64,000 nt of DNA from an uncultured bacterium (GCA_905214495.1 CAJMLW010000006.1:2458-66457), one strand, 5' to 3'; counted from the first letter of the stretch, positions 10,770-21,944 are shown. Notes: generated by a model from the letters alone, not told the origin. Translations and numbers: made by a program.

Positions 10770-11519
10770 ATGTTATCAATTCAATATCTTTATTTTTCTT
10801 ACCAAGGTCAACCACCCTATGTACTAAATGATTTAAATTTGGAGGTCCATAGTGGCGATTATATTTCCATCGTAGGCGACAATGGTTCTGGTAAAAGCAC
10901 CCTCTTGCGCCTCATTCTAGGTTTCCTAGCTCCTGTGAAAGGTTCTATCACGCGCAATACGAAAAACATTCGCTATGTATCGCAAAAAAATGATTTTTCC
11001 CATGCTGGATTTCCTATTACAGTCCATGAAATTTTAGATTCCTATCGCAAGTTATTAAAAATCAAAGATAAGCATGAAGTGAATCGCGTTCTTGAGCTCA
11101 CACATATGACGGAGTTTAAAGACCGTCTCATTAGCAAATTATCCGGTGGCCAAGCGCAGCGCGTTTCTATCGCACGAGCTCTTATCGGCAGCCCTGACCT
11201 CATCATTCTCGATGAACCATCAACGGGCATCGACCGCAAGAGCCAAGAAGGTATTTACGCCCTTTTGCGCTCATTAAATCAGGAACACCATATTACGATA
11301 ATTTCTGTAGAGCATAATTTAGAAATGGCTCTTGCAAACTCGACAAATATCTATCATATTGCAAACGGTCAAGGTCATCTCTGCTCCCCTGAGCAATATG
11401 CTAGCGAAATCATGCATAACACAGGACGCAATCCTATGGACCATGAGAACTGCTCCTGCTTTACAGACGTGACGGCTCAGTCTGATGATACAATAACTAA
11501 GGAGGTGCGCCATGTTTAA
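10770..11519 (+). CDS. znuC: Zn ABC transporter ATPase
   Basis: GDNGSGKST, LSGGQ, LDEP. Confidence 0.85.
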   Translation: MLSIQYLYFSYQGQPPYVLNDLNLEVHSGDYISIVGDNGSGKSTLLRLILGFLAPVKGSITRNTKNIRYVSQKNDFSHAGFPITVHEILDSYRKLLKIKDKHEVNRVLELTHMTEFKDRLISKLSGGQAQRVSIARALIGSPDLIILDEPSTGIDRKSQEGIYALLRSLNQEHHITIISVEHNLEMALANSTNIYHIANGQGHLCSPEQYASEIMHNTGRNPMDHENCSCFTDVTAQSDDTITKEVRHV

Positions 11520-12330
11520 TTATGATTTCATGCAAAATGCCTTCTTCGTAGCAGTCTGCATTTCTCTATTATGTCCATGCATCGGTATATTTATGGTACT
11601 ACGCCGATCCAGTATGATTGGCGACACCATGAGCCATGCGTCCCTCGCCGGGATTACCCTTGGTTTATTGACCAATACAAACCCTATTTTAGGGGCTTTT
11701 ATATTCACCGCCATCTGCGGTGCCCTCATTGAGTTCTTGCGAAAATATTTTTCTCACCATCTCGATTTGATTCTTACCATCATCTTATCCCTAAGCATCG
11801 GTACAGCCATTACCCTAATCAGTTCGGGCAAGCTGAAAGCTAACGCCAACGTCTTTTTCTTCGGTAGTATCTTAACCGTTAATACTGCAGATATGATTAG
11901 CATTGCAGTACTCACCATATTATCTGTGTTAACCTTGTATTTCCTCTACAACTCACTTCTCTACATCGCCTACGATGAAGAGGCAGCACGAGTAGCGGGT
12001 GTAAAAGTAGATTTGATTAACTATGTATTTGCTATCTTAATGGCGGCAGCCGTATCCATTTCCATCAAAATCGTCGGCGTCCTCGTATTGAGCGCCATGA
12101 TTGCACTACCTGTAGCCTCAGCATTACAACTGGAAAAAGGTTTTAGAACAACCTTACTCTGCTCCATAGGATTTAGTTTACTGGCCATGATTATCGGCCT
12201 ATTCGGATCCTACTATCTTAACGTAGCGCCGGGTGGCTTTGTATCACTTACATCGGTCTTCATCCTATTAGTGGTACTCATCATCAAGAACATTAAATCC
12301 ATAATTCGGAGGATGCAATTTAGTAAATAA
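11512..12330 (+). CDS. znuB: Zn ABC transporter permease
   Basis: ABC-3 family motif GDTMSHASLAG; hydrophobic. Confidence 0.85.
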   Translation: MFNYDFMQNAFFVAVCISLLCPCIGIFMVLRRSSMIGDTMSHASLAGITLGLLTNTNPILGAFIFTAICGALIEFLRKYFSHHLDLILTIILSLSIGTAITLISSGKLKANANVFFFGSILTVNTADMISIAVLTILSVLTLYFLYNSLLYIAYDEEAARVAGVKVDLINYVFAILMAAAVSISIKIVGVLVLSAMIALPVASALQLEKGFRTTLLCSIGFSLLAMIIGLFGSYYLNVAPGGFVSLTSVFILLVVLIIKNIKSIIRRMQFSK

Positions 12331-12388
12331 TCATCATGTGTACAAGCGTACATGCGTTAATCTTTACCCCATAATAGAAAGCGTTATT

Positions 12389-12793
12389 ATGAATACAACA
12401 CATTGGCCAGAAGGCATAAAAAAGACCAAACAGCGCGAAGCCATTTGGTCTGTATTAACTGCAACAGATAAACCGATTACAGCCATCGAAATTGCAGAAC
12501 GATTAGGCGATAGCGGTACTACTTGGATGTCTACTATCTACCGTACCCTTGAGTTATTAGAAACAAAAGATATCGTTACCCGTACCACCATCATGGGTAG
12601 CGACATGGCATACTACGAAATTACACCCCATACGCACCGTCACTATGCGGTATGTACGAAGTGTGGGGCTATGATACCTCTACATACCTGCCCCGTCGTA
12701 GAAATGCCACAGGAACTTACAGATGTAGGGTTTACAGTAACAGAGCATCACCTAGAAATTGCGGGAATCTGCAAGGACTGTAAAAACAGATAA
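12389..12793 (+). CDS. zur: Fur-family regulator, probably Zur
   Basis: STIYRTLELL, HRHYAVCTKCG, GICKDC; located in the Zn operon. Confidence 0.8.
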   Translation: MNTTHWPEGIKKTKQREAIWSVLTATDKPITAIEIAERLGDSGTTWMSTIYRTLELLETKDIVTRTTIMGSDMAYYEITPHTHRHYAVCTKCGAMIPLHTCPVVEMPQELTDVGFTVTEHHLEIAGICKDCKNR

Positions 12794-12853
12794 AACGCCA
12801 AAAGGGCTCCTAGTCTAATGTACTAGGGGCCCTTTCATATGGAATATCTAATA

Positions 12854-13006
12854 TTAATCTATATAGTTTTTAATCGCTTCATTGAACAATGTTACCTTAT
12901 ATTCGCGAATCTCATAGGTTGCCAATTGCTCTGCATAGTATGAGTCAAATTGTACAGCCTCTTCTAATTCCTCTTTTGTTCCTTGAGCGATAATAAGGCT
13001 TTCACC
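12854..13006 (-). pseudogene. 5'-truncated YciI-like gene remnant
   Basis: Open frame GESLIIAQGTKEELEEAVQFDSYYAEQLATYEIREYKVTLFNEAIKNYID* with no start codon, abutting the dcu stop. Confidence 0.5.
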
Positions 13007-13008
13007 AA

Positions 13009-14349
13009 TTACAACATCAATGGAGCAATAACGAAGCCAAGTGCTACAGAAACAGCAATGGCAAGTACGCCTGGGATGAAGAAGGGATGGTTAAATACGA
13101 GATGACCGATTCGGGTCGAACCTGTATCATCCATTTGTACAGCCCCCAAAAGTGTTGGGTATGTAGGTAGTACAAAGAGTGCAGATACCGCCGCAAAGGA
13201 TGCGATAATGATATATACAGATTCTGTATGTTCCGGTGTAATACCTAACGCAAGGATTACTGCCGGTACAAGTGCTTGTGTAGTCGCTGCTTGGCTATAC
13301 AAAAGTGTACTAGCAAAGAAGAAGGCCACTGCGAGCAAGAATGGATACGCCGTTACCATACTAGAAGCCATGGCTTTAATTTCAGGGATATGACCTTTTA
13401 CAAAGGTATCGCCTAACCATGCTACGCCGAGAACACAGACGCAAGCAGATAAACCAGATTTGAATGTACTTGTGTTGACAAGTTGTGCTGTATCTAATTT
13501 ACAGAAGAATGTGATAGCCGCTGCAATAATCATCATGAATCCGACGATGGCATCGTTTCGACCAAATATAACCGGTTTAATGATACCGATATTCTTGGAA
13601 ATCGCTGTTGCATAAAATACGATACAAATGATACCGATTAAGAAGATTAATACAGATTTTTTCGCACCTGGTTTTAAATGGAAATCCATATTCTTTTCAC
13701 GAGGTGGTGCCACATAGCCTGCTGCCAAACGTTCTTGGTAAACAGGATCAGAAGACAAATCATTGTTCGTAAAGGTCGACATGATAAAGGCAGTAATCAT
13801 AACCGCAATAAATGTTGTGGAAATACAAATACCAAGTAATGTTGGATAGCTAACACCGAACGGTTCAAGGAATCCGCTCATAGCAACAACCGCTGCGGAT
13901 ACAGGGCTTGCGGTAATACCGATCTGGCTGGCTACAACGGCAATCGATAGTGGTACGGAAGGCTTGATGTTCTCGCTCTTTGCAACCTCTACAATAACAG
14001 GGATCATAGAGAATGCCGTATGACCCGTACCAGCCAAGATTGTCAAGAAATACGTAACTGTAGGAGCTAAATAGTTGATATGTTTAGGATTTTTACGCAA
14101 AATATTTTCCGCAATGCGTACTAAATAATCTAAACCACCGGCCAACTGCAATGCACAAATCGCTGCAATGGCTGACATAATGATTAAGATAACATCCCAA
14201 GGAATTTGCCCTGGGAACATCCCCATACCGAGGCTCAACAATACGACGCCGAGGCCGCCAGCATAGCCAATACCCATGCCACCGAGGCGTACGCCCAAGA
14301 AGATGGCACCGAACAATATAATGACTTGCATAATTACATAAATGTCCAT
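13009..14349 (-). CDS. Anaerobic C4-dicarboxylate transporter (DcuA/DcuB family)
   Basis: AGTGH, ITASPVSAA, YSQAAT, LPTYPT, GSTRIG...FNHPF. Confidence 0.92.
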   Translation of the reverse strand: MDIYVIMQVIILFGAIFLGVRLGGMGIGYAGGLGVVLLSLGMGMFPGQIPWDVILIIMSAIAAICALQLAGGLDYLVRIAENILRKNPKHINYLAPTVTYFLTILAGTGHTAFSMIPVIVEVAKSENIKPSVPLSIAVVASQIGITASPVSAAVVAMSGFLEPFGVSYPTLLGICISTTFIAVMITAFIMSTFTNNDLSSDPVYQERLAAGYVAPPREKNMDFHLKPGAKKSVLIFLIGIICIVFYATAISKNIGIIKPVIFGRNDAIVGFMMIIAAAITFFCKLDTAQLVNTSTFKSGLSACVCVLGVAWLGDTFVKGHIPEIKAMASSMVTAYPFLLAVAFFFASTLLYSQAATTQALVPAVILALGITPEHTESVYIIIASFAAVSALFVLPTYPTLLGAVQMDDTGSTRIGHLVFNHPFFIPGVLAIAVSVALGFVIAPLML

Positions 14350-14470
14350 ACGATGACCTCCTTTGAATATATATACTATACATATATAGTATCATAGATA
14401 TGCAGAATAATCATCGTATTTTGAGAATGTATAGAATATATTTTACATTATGTAAGGAAAATGCTTTTTA

Positions 14471-15862
14471 TTATAGAATGATTGGCTTCAAATCTTCTAA
14501 TACGCCCTCTTCTTCTGTGGCACGTTTAATACTTTCACCTACGATGCGAACCATGTCTTCCAATTGTTCCACTGTGGACGCCAATGGTGGCATAAGGATA
14601 ACCACATCGCCGATTGGGCGGCAAATAAGGCCTTGTTCACGAGCTAGAACGGCAACCTTTGCACCTACCGCATCATTTGGGCGATACGCTTCGTGAGTAG
14701 CAACGTCCTTTTCAAGTTCAATACCTACGATAAGGCCACGTTGACGCACTTCTTTAACATGTTTTAACTGTTCAATAGGTTTGAGTGCCTTTGTGAAAGC
14801 TTCGATTTTCGCAGGTAATCCTTCGATGACCTTTTCATCGCGGAATACTTTCAACGAAGCCAAGGCAACAGCACATGCCAAGGCATTACCGGTATAGGAA
14901 TGGCCATGATAGAATGTTTTCTTTTCTTCAAATGTGCCAAGGAATGTATCAAATACGCGTTTTGTAGTCAATGTAGCGGCCAATGGCAAATAACCACCCG
15001 TAATCCCTTTTGATAAGGTCATGAAATCTGGAGATACCCCTTCATGTTCACAAGCAAAGAATTTACCTGTTCGTCCAAAGCCTGTTGCTACTTCATCGAC
15101 GATGAGGAATACATCGTGTTTGGCAGTTAATTCGCGAACGCGTTTTAAATAGCCGTGAGGCATAACAAGCATACCGGCCGCAGCTTGCACTAATGGTTCC
15201 ATAACGAGAGCTGTAATTTCGTCCCCTTCTTCATTGAGGATGCGTTCCAATTCTGCTAAGGAATCTTCAAATGCTTTATCTCGATCTGCTACATCACGGT
15301 ATACACCAGGACTTGGCAATGTTAACGGTTTGAACAACAAATTATGGAACACTTGATGGAACAACTGAATCCCACCTACGGATACAGTACCTAATGTATC
15401 ACCATGATAGCCCGCATTGAGTGCAATAAATTTCGTTTTCTTCGTTTGACCTACTAATTGACGGTATTGGTACGCCATCTTAATAGCGACTTCAATAGCC
15501 GTACTACCATCATCGGATAAGAATACCTTTTCCAAACCTTCTGGCGCCAATTCAACTAATTCTTTACACAACTGTGCTGATGGAGGGCTCACCAATCCGA
15601 GCAATGTACTATGTGCAATCTTATCAACTTGGTCCTTCAACGCTTGATTAAGCACAGGGTGATTATGGCCGTGAATATTAACCCACAGGGATGATACACC
15701 ATCATAATACATTTTACCCTTGTCATCAATCAAATACACGCCTTCACCGCGTTCGATAACTACAGGTTCTTGTGCTAACCAGTCTTGCATTTGTGTAAAT
15801 GGATGCCATACGAATTCGTGGTCCCATTGTGTAATTTGTGAAAGTTGTTTCTCTGCCATCAT
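14471..15862 (-). CDS. bioA: Adenosylmethionine-8-amino-7-oxononanoate aminotransferase
   Basis: VWHPFTQM, YHGDT, DEVATGFGRTG, SKGITGG; adjacent to bioD. Confidence 0.93.
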   Translation of the reverse strand: MMAEKQLSQITQWDHEFVWHPFTQMQDWLAQEPVVIERGEGVYLIDDKGKMYYDGVSSLWVNIHGHNHPVLNQALKDQVDKIAHSTLLGLVSPPSAQLCKELVELAPEGLEKVFLSDDGSTAIEVAIKMAYQYRQLVGQTKKTKFIALNAGYHGDTLGTVSVGGIQLFHQVFHNLLFKPLTLPSPGVYRDVADRDKAFEDSLAELERILNEEGDEITALVMEPLVQAAAGMLVMPHGYLKRVRELTAKHDVFLIVDEVATGFGRTGKFFACEHEGVSPDFMTLSKGITGGYLPLAATLTTKRVFDTFLGTFEEKKTFYHGHSYTGNALACAVALASLKVFRDEKVIEGLPAKIEAFTKALKPIEQLKHVKEVRQRGLIVGIELEKDVATHEAYRPNDAVGAKVAVLAREQGLICRPIGDVVILMPPLASTVEQLEDMVRIVGESIKRATEEEGVLEDLKPIIL

Positions 15863-15934
15863 AACACCTCATACTTAAGATTTTATATCTATACTATCTA
15901 CTTAATTCCAGATTGCTTATATATAGAGCTTTCA

Positions 15935-16687
15935 CTAAATGCCCCATACAGTTTGCCACGTCTTAGCTGAATCTAAGAACGAACGGCCCCAACCAAGCTT
16001 GATGTGCGCTTGATCAGGACCTTGATATGGAGGAAGCACACCGAGCACAGGAACACCGGTATATCGTTCCATATCCTCAATATTCGTCTTTAATAAGAAT
16101 GGGTCCACCACAGTCGTATCATTTACAATGATGCCTTTTACATCAATATGATGCTGTTTTGCATACTCATACGTTAGCACAACGCGATTGATAGAACCTA
16201 GACGCCCATCAGCAACCAATATGGCAGGATATGCAATATCCGTCATAAGATTTGTAAACGTAATATCCTTAGTAAGAGGCGTTGTAATGCCGCCAGCCCC
16301 TTCTACAAATGTAATATCGTGTTGATCTACGACCCTTTTCACATGATTGACAATCTCTGGATAATCGATGTCCACACCGGCCAACTCTGCCGCCAAACGC
16401 GGTGAATAATCCCCTGCCAATGCAATCGGATTCACCTCGCGACGACGCGACTCAGGAATACCTACAGACTGCATCAAATAGGTAGCATCCTTACTTTCAA
16501 GACCCATGCATATTTCATCTTCATCCATCGTTCCGCATTGAGAAAACGGAACCGCACTAGACGACACAGGCTTAACCATGCCCACAACAAAACCATCGTC
16601 CACTGCTAACGCCCCAAGCAAACCTGTAACAAACGTCTTACCTACATCTGTATCCGTACCAATAATAGAAACGCCTAACTGTCTCAT
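15935..16687 (-). CDS. bioD: Dethiobiotin synthase
   Basis: GTDTDVGKT, KPV, VEGAGG, LGSIN. Confidence 0.93.
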   Translation of the reverse strand: MRQLGVSIIGTDTDVGKTFVTGLLGALAVDDGFVVGMVKPVSSSAVPFSQCGTMDEDEICMGLESKDATYLMQSVGIPESRRREVNPIALAGDYSPRLAAELAGVDIDYPEIVNHVKRVVDQHDITFVEGAGGITTPLTKDITFTNLMTDIAYPAILVADGRLGSINRVVLTYEYAKQHHIDVKGIIVNDTTVVDPFLLKTNIEDMERYTGVPVLGVLPPYQGPDQAHIKLGWGRSFLDSAKTWQTVWGI

Positions 16688-16719
16688 ACGAGCACCTCTT
16701 TACCATATCGAATCAATAT

Positions 16720-16816
16720 TAACAACTATGCATATATAATTAGTTGACAATTTAATTACAGTATAAAACTTACAAACAGAACCGTCAACTATATACAATC
16801 TATACAGGTTAACAAT
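16720..16816. promoter_or_regulatory. Candidate BirA operators upstream of bioD
   Basis: TAACAAC-N16-GTTGACA and CGTCAAC-N18-GTTAACA resemble the TGTtAAC-N14-16-GTTaACA BirA box. Confidence 0.5.
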
Positions 16817-16828
16817 TTTTACCTATAG

Positions 16829-16918
16829 CAAGAGCCGCTCATACTCTCGCAGCGACTTTGGCCCTGTTTCGAAGAAACAGACCCGGCCGGTGGAGCGAGA
16901 GAGTATGAGCGGCTCTTG
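16829..16918 (+). repeat. Hairpin-loop cassette, type A copy 1, inside a long unique stem
   Basis: Core 16853-16895 CGACTTTGGCCCTGTTTCGAAGAAACAGACCCGGCCGGTGGAG. Confidence 0.85.
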
Positions 16919-16963
16919 ATAACCTAAATGTAGAATTGTAATAGGGCCCCATCGAGTAGATGA

Positions 16964-17509
16964 TTAAACCTCAATATAACGGAATTCCCCTGTATCAGGA
17001 TCCATCATCCCCCCGTAGAATCCCATGCCTCTTGGGAATAATGGATGTTGACGCAAGAATTTAACTGTATAGCGTACGTTTTCTTCAGAAATGTGGAAAC
17101 GGTCCATCCAATCGATAAGACCTGGTTCAATCATGCGAATAGCATCTTCATTGATGCCTTTGGCTTTCATGGATTCCATAAATTGTTCTGCGGAAAAATC
17201 AATCATACCACAATTTTCATGACCGATGACGATTACATCTTCGATGCCCATGCCATATGTAGACACAAGCAAGCTTTGAACAATGTTATCAATCGGTTGC
17301 GTTACGCTATTGCCGGCCGTCTTAATGGTGATAACTTCGCCGCGATCAAATCCTAAGGATTCTTCGAGCATCCCCACTAAACGCGTATCCATACATGTTA
17401 CAATAGCTAATTTCTTTGTAGGATGACTAGTTAAACCCTTTTGAGCAAGCTCAGGATGTTTAGCTACATATTCTTTGTTTTTTTCAATGATACCATTAAT
17501 ATCAATCAT
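16964..17509 (-). CDS. Beta-class carbonic anhydrase
   Basis: CMDTR, TAGN and HENCG Zn-ligand motifs. Confidence 0.9.
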   Translation of the reverse strand: MIDINGIIEKNKEYVAKHPELAQKGLTSHPTKKLAIVTCMDTRLVGMLEESLGFDRGEVITIKTAGNSVTQPIDNIVQSLLVSTYGMGIEDVIVIGHENCGMIDFSAEQFMESMKAKGINEDAIRMIEPGLIDWMDRFHISEENVRYTVKFLRQHPLFPRGMGFYGGMMDPDTGEFRYIEV

Positions 17510-17781
17510 AATGCACCTCGCATATTTTATGAGACATGTTGATGTTCTCTACATATTTTACTAGGAATCATATTTCATTAAGTATAATTATCCCGTTTAA
17601 GATTATATAAAACTTTCACCATAATATACAATACTATAAGCCATGTATACAAGATACTTTATTGAGAATCCCCCCTCGATTAATTCCCCCGATTATGTTA
17701 CTATTAAGTCGTAGTTTATTTATACATCCTGCGCGATACCACAGCGATGTATGTACCAAGTAGGTACAGTTAGGAGGTTTT

Positions 17782-18828
17782 ATGATGGGTATCAATGCAA
17801 AAACACTGCCAGGCATATTGCTCTGTGCAATCCTGGCCATTCCATGTTGGCTATTAGGACAGCATTTTCATTTTATTGGCAGTCCAATCTTCGCTATTGT
17901 CCTCGGTATTATTATTGGTTCTTTATTCACATCTTGGAAACGAGAAAAAACGGGCGCCGGCATCGGATTTACGTCTAAAAAAATCCTACAATGGGCCGTT
18001 ATCCTTCTCGGCTTTGGTCTTAACATCACCCAAGTATTGCATATAGGTTGGGTTTCCTTACCAGTTATCATCTCAACCATTGCCACATCGCTTATCGTTT
18101 CTTTCATCATATTCAAAGCCACGCATATCGACTCTAACACAGCCGTTTTGATTGGCGTTGGTTCTTCCATCTGTGGTGGTAGTGCCATTGCTGCAGCAGC
18201 GCCTGTTGTGAAAGCTAGCGATCAAGATATTGCACAAGCTATTTCCGTTGTATTCTTCTTCAACGTAGTCGCTGCATTTGTATTCCCACCTCTTGGCGAT
18301 GCTATTGGATTGTCTAACATGGGCTTTGGCCTCTTTGCGGGCACAGCCGTTAACGATACATCATCCGTAACAGCTACTGCTGCTGTTTGGGATAGCATGA
18401 AGGGCACAGGCACACAAGTTCTTGAATATGCAACCATCGTTAAATTGACACGTACATTGGCAATCATCCCTATTTGTTTAGGTCTTGCTAGTTATCAAGT
18501 GTACAAAGCCAAACAAGCGGCTAAGGCAAGCGATAATGCTGAATCTGTTAATATTGCAGCTATCTTCCCTAAGTTCGTTCTTTACTTTGTCATTTGTTCT
18601 CTTATTACAACTGTATTGTCCTATGCAAATGTGGACATTCACTTCTTAGACATATTCAAAACTATTTCTAAATACTTTATCACCATGGCCATGGTTGCTA
18701 TTGGGCTTAATACAAATCTTGTTAAGCTTATCAAATCTGGTGGTAGTGCCCTTGCATTAGGCGCTGCATGCTGGATTTGTATCGCCCTCGTCAGCCTAGG
18801 GATGCAACATGTTATCGGTTTATGGTAA
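17782..18828 (+). CDS. YeiH/PSE-family membrane protein
   Basis: GSSICGGSAIAA, GTAVNDTSSV, VKLTR. Confidence 0.88.
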   Translation: MMGINAKTLPGILLCAILAIPCWLLGQHFHFIGSPIFAIVLGIIIGSLFTSWKREKTGAGIGFTSKKILQWAVILLGFGLNITQVLHIGWVSLPVIISTIATSLIVSFIIFKATHIDSNTAVLIGVGSSICGGSAIAAAAPVVKASDQDIAQAISVVFFFNVVAAFVFPPLGDAIGLSNMGFGLFAGTAVNDTSSVTATAAVWDSMKGTGTQVLEYATIVKLTRTLAIIPICLGLASYQVYKAKQAAKASDNAESVNIAAIFPKFVLYFVICSLITTVLSYANVDIHFLDIFKTISKYFITMAMVAIGLNTNLVKLIKSGGSALALGAACWICIALVSLGMQHVIGLW

Positions 18829-18962
18829 AATAGAATAAAGCTTCGTTTAATACAGAATAGATTTCTATGTAGTACTTTATAACACTACACAGGAGTCTAT
18901 TCTTTTATTATATGTATCAAATTTACCTAAACGTATCATCCATCAAGAAAGAAGGATTATCT

Positions 18963-19574
18963 ATGTATTTCCTGCAAGGTTTATTAGTAGGTCTCGCCAC
19001 GTTTGCACCGATTGGGATGCAAAATCTATTTATCATTAATACGGCCCTCGTCCAACCATTGCCACGTATCCTGTTAACCATCACTATTATTGGGCTATTC
19101 GATATGACCTTGAGTACGGCAGCCTTTTACGGCATTGGGGCCCTCCTCGAATCATGCCCAGTCTTTAACCTGATTATTCTCATTACAGGCGGCTTACTCG
19201 TAGCCTACATAGGATACAAAACATTTAAAACTACACCTTCACTCAAAAAGGTTGATACGAATATCCCCATCAAAAATATTCTGTTGATGGCACTTCTCGT
19301 TACATGGGGTAATCCACAGGCCATCATCGATGCCTCCATGATGCTCGGCGCCTTTCGCGCTAATATTCCTGCAGAAAGCATATATCACTTCTTCTTTGGA
19401 TTCCTCGCGATGACACCAATTTGGTTTGGATTCCTTGCTGGAACCATGTATGTACTAGCTAAGAAAATTAAGATATCCCATCTCGTATGGATCAATCGCG
19501 TATGCGGTACCGTATTAATCATATATGGCATAAAGCTCGTCTATGATGGCATTCTAATGATGCTATCCATATAA
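18963..19574 (+). CDS. LysE/ArgO-family amino acid exporter
   Basis: PIGMQNLFII, TWGNPQA. Confidence 0.85.
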   Translation: MYFLQGLLVGLATFAPIGMQNLFIINTALVQPLPRILLTITIIGLFDMTLSTAAFYGIGALLESCPVFNLIILITGGLLVAYIGYKTFKTTPSLKKVDTNIPIKNILLMALLVTWGNPQAIIDASMMLGAFRANIPAESIYHFFFGFLAMTPIWFGFLAGTMYVLAKKIKISHLVWINRVCGTVLIIYGIKLVYDGILMMLSI

Positions 19575-19635
19575 ACACAAAACAGGTGTTAGATGAAAGC
19601 TACGCTTTTCACGTATGATCAATGGAACGCCAAGG

Positions 19636-20829
19636 CTAGATACTCTCTCGCAACAGGCTACGCCACACAAATATAGCGGCTATAAAAAAGATACTAGCAG
19701 TACTCCAAAATACCATGCCGTAACCAAACCAATTAGCGATCATACCACTAATCATAGGGCCTAACACATTGCCCATCATGGCTACACTAGATACAGCGCC
19801 AAAGACAATACTTCGCCGCTCTTTGGGAACAGCCTTTGAAATCAAGGTATTCGCTATAGGCGTAATAAAGCCCATAAAGAATCCTGCGATGGTTCTCAAT
19901 ATACCTAAGCCCCACACATTTGGCATAAGATATTGGAGGATAAAAAATCCGCCTACACCACAGGTGGCCGTCAATAATATATTCGGCATAGACATCCATT
20001 TAGTAATGCGACCGATTGAAATCGATGCTAGTGCACTAAACAGACCAGCCCCAAAAATAATAACACCTACAATGGTAGCTACAAAATCATCATTTACTTG
20101 CATATAGTGTTTAATGTAGAGTGGCAATATAGGGCCTATACCGGTAATACCAAAATTACATAAAAATTGCATAACCACGAGCAATCGTACACGTGGGATA
20201 GCAAGAAATGATTTAATTAATGACCATTGGGACTCATTACTATCTACCTTATGCGTATGCTGTAGATTAGGCATGAGTAGGTACACACCTAACAAGCACA
20301 AGCCTGATAAGATAGAAAACATAAAGAACGGAGCCCGATAGCCTAATAAATCGGCAGCAAGACCACCCATAAGAGGGCCAAAAACAAGACCCATCACCAT
20401 CGATGCTTGGTACAATCCCATCGCCCATGGTACGCGTTCCTCTGGTGTGATTAATACAATGATACCAAGTCCAATGGGTACAAAACCACCCACTAAGCCT
20501 TGTAAGGTACGCAACACTAACAGCTGACTCGGCGTTTGTGCAAAACCGGCAGCCCCTACAGCTAGCATCAGAGTGGCAAGGATGAACATCATCACCCGCC
20601 GCGGCCCTAGTTCATTGGCTTTCCTGGACCAAAAGGGAGCACTCAAGGCCACCATACAAGGTGTTACACCAGATACAAGACCTGCCCACATAGCAGCCTC
20701 ACCTTGATTGGTCAGCCCTAGATCTACCAAATATAAAGGTATAAATGATAATACGCCGATAATAGTAATACCCGCACCGACTTGTATAGCGCAAATCAAA
20801 TAGATGATACGCTTCCATGAAATATCCAT
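19636..20829 (-). CDS. MFS transporter (MdtG-like)
   Basis: About 12 TM segments; LRTLQGLVGG, FGPLMGG. Confidence 0.85.
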   Translation of the reverse strand: MDISWKRIIYLICAIQVGAGITIIGVLSFIPLYLVDLGLTNQGEAAMWAGLVSGVTPCMVALSAPFWSRKANELGPRRVMMFILATLMLAVGAAGFAQTPSQLLVLRTLQGLVGGFVPIGLGIIVLITPEERVPWAMGLYQASMVMGLVFGPLMGGLAADLLGYRAPFFMFSILSGLCLLGVYLLMPNLQHTHKVDSNESQWSLIKSFLAIPRVRLLVVMQFLCNFGITGIGPILPLYIKHYMQVNDDFVATIVGVIIFGAGLFSALASISIGRITKWMSMPNILLTATCGVGGFFILQYLMPNVWGLGILRTIAGFFMGFITPIANTLISKAVPKERRSIVFGAVSSVAMMGNVLGPMISGMIANWFGYGMVFWSTASIFFIAAIFVWRSLLRESI

Positions 20830-21037
20830 ACAGCCTTCAAGCAATTAATTAAAATACATTATTCAGAATATATTTACCTACATAATGTAGGCTAACTTAC
20901 CTATCTATTGTATCCTAAACACACAAAAAAAACTATCTCTTATGCACTAATAAGAGATAGAATAGACACGAAAAAAAAGCTCCCATCTCTTAAAAATAGA
21001 TGAGAGCTTCTATTTATAAAAAATATATACTACATTC

Positions 21038-21649
21038 TTAGTATTGTTTTTGTTTAATCATCCAATAGACATAATAAATAACCAATGCATATGTTAATAC
21101 ATCAAATACAGGTAAGAATGGTACCATTTTGGACAAACGACCAAAACCATGAACATGAATATTTGCTGCAATAAGAGCAATGAGATTTAAACGATGAATC
21201 CAAATCGCTTTCTTACGAGATACGGATTTTGCCATATTTCCAATCCAAGGTGTTAAGTATAGTACACCAAAGATAAGAGCAATAAACATGGCTCCAAGGG
21301 AGATATAACCGCCCCAAAAACCTAAGAATGAATTCACTGCTTTCAAGAAATATACATACCAGTGAGCACAGACTAAAACAACGCAAACAATACCTACAAT
21401 ACGATGCACTTCAAACATTTCTTTTGGATTGTATCGTTTAATAAACCATTTTGGCTTCGTTGCAATGTAGGTTAATACAAGCCATGCAGCATAGGGAATT
21501 AAACCTAAATGAACCTTCCAGTTACCAAATGGTCTGCCGCCAGTCACATACCCATATTCTACCATTCCCATTAAGATGAGTGCTAACACAGCAATCCAAA
21601 TAAGAATATGGTACTTACTCTTAAATTGTTTCTTCACTACTTCTGCCAT
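21038..21649 (-). CDS. Ferric-reductase-like (heme b) transmembrane protein
   Basis: 6 TM segments with paired His: VHRIVG...CAHW and IHRLN...NIHVH. Confidence 0.65.
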   Translation of the reverse strand: MAEVVKKQFKSKYHILIWIAVLALILMGMVEYGYVTGGRPFGNWKVHLGLIPYAAWLVLTYIATKPKWFIKRYNPKEMFEVHRIVGIVCVVLVCAHWYVYFLKAVNSFLGFWGGYISLGAMFIALIFGVLYLTPWIGNMAKSVSRKKAIWIHRLNLIALIAANIHVHGFGRLSKMVPFLPVFDVLTYALVIYYVYWMIKQKQY

Positions 21650-21944
21650 TACCGAGACTCCTCACAGTTAAATATATATGATGTTAAATAATTCCACATA
21701 AGATCATATCAATTTTCATTCTCATAGTAAAGTGAAAATGCATACCAATCTCACATAAAAACATGAATATTACTCATATAATCAGAATACTAGAATCTTA
21801 TATAAAAGAATCTAAAATAACAGATAAAATCACAGCAATAATAAAGGCCCTCATAGTCATAAAAGCGCAAGCTTTCACAACCACGAGGACCATTCTAAGT
21901 AATAGTATATCGGACATAACCGATACGAACTATCGAGTATTCAA

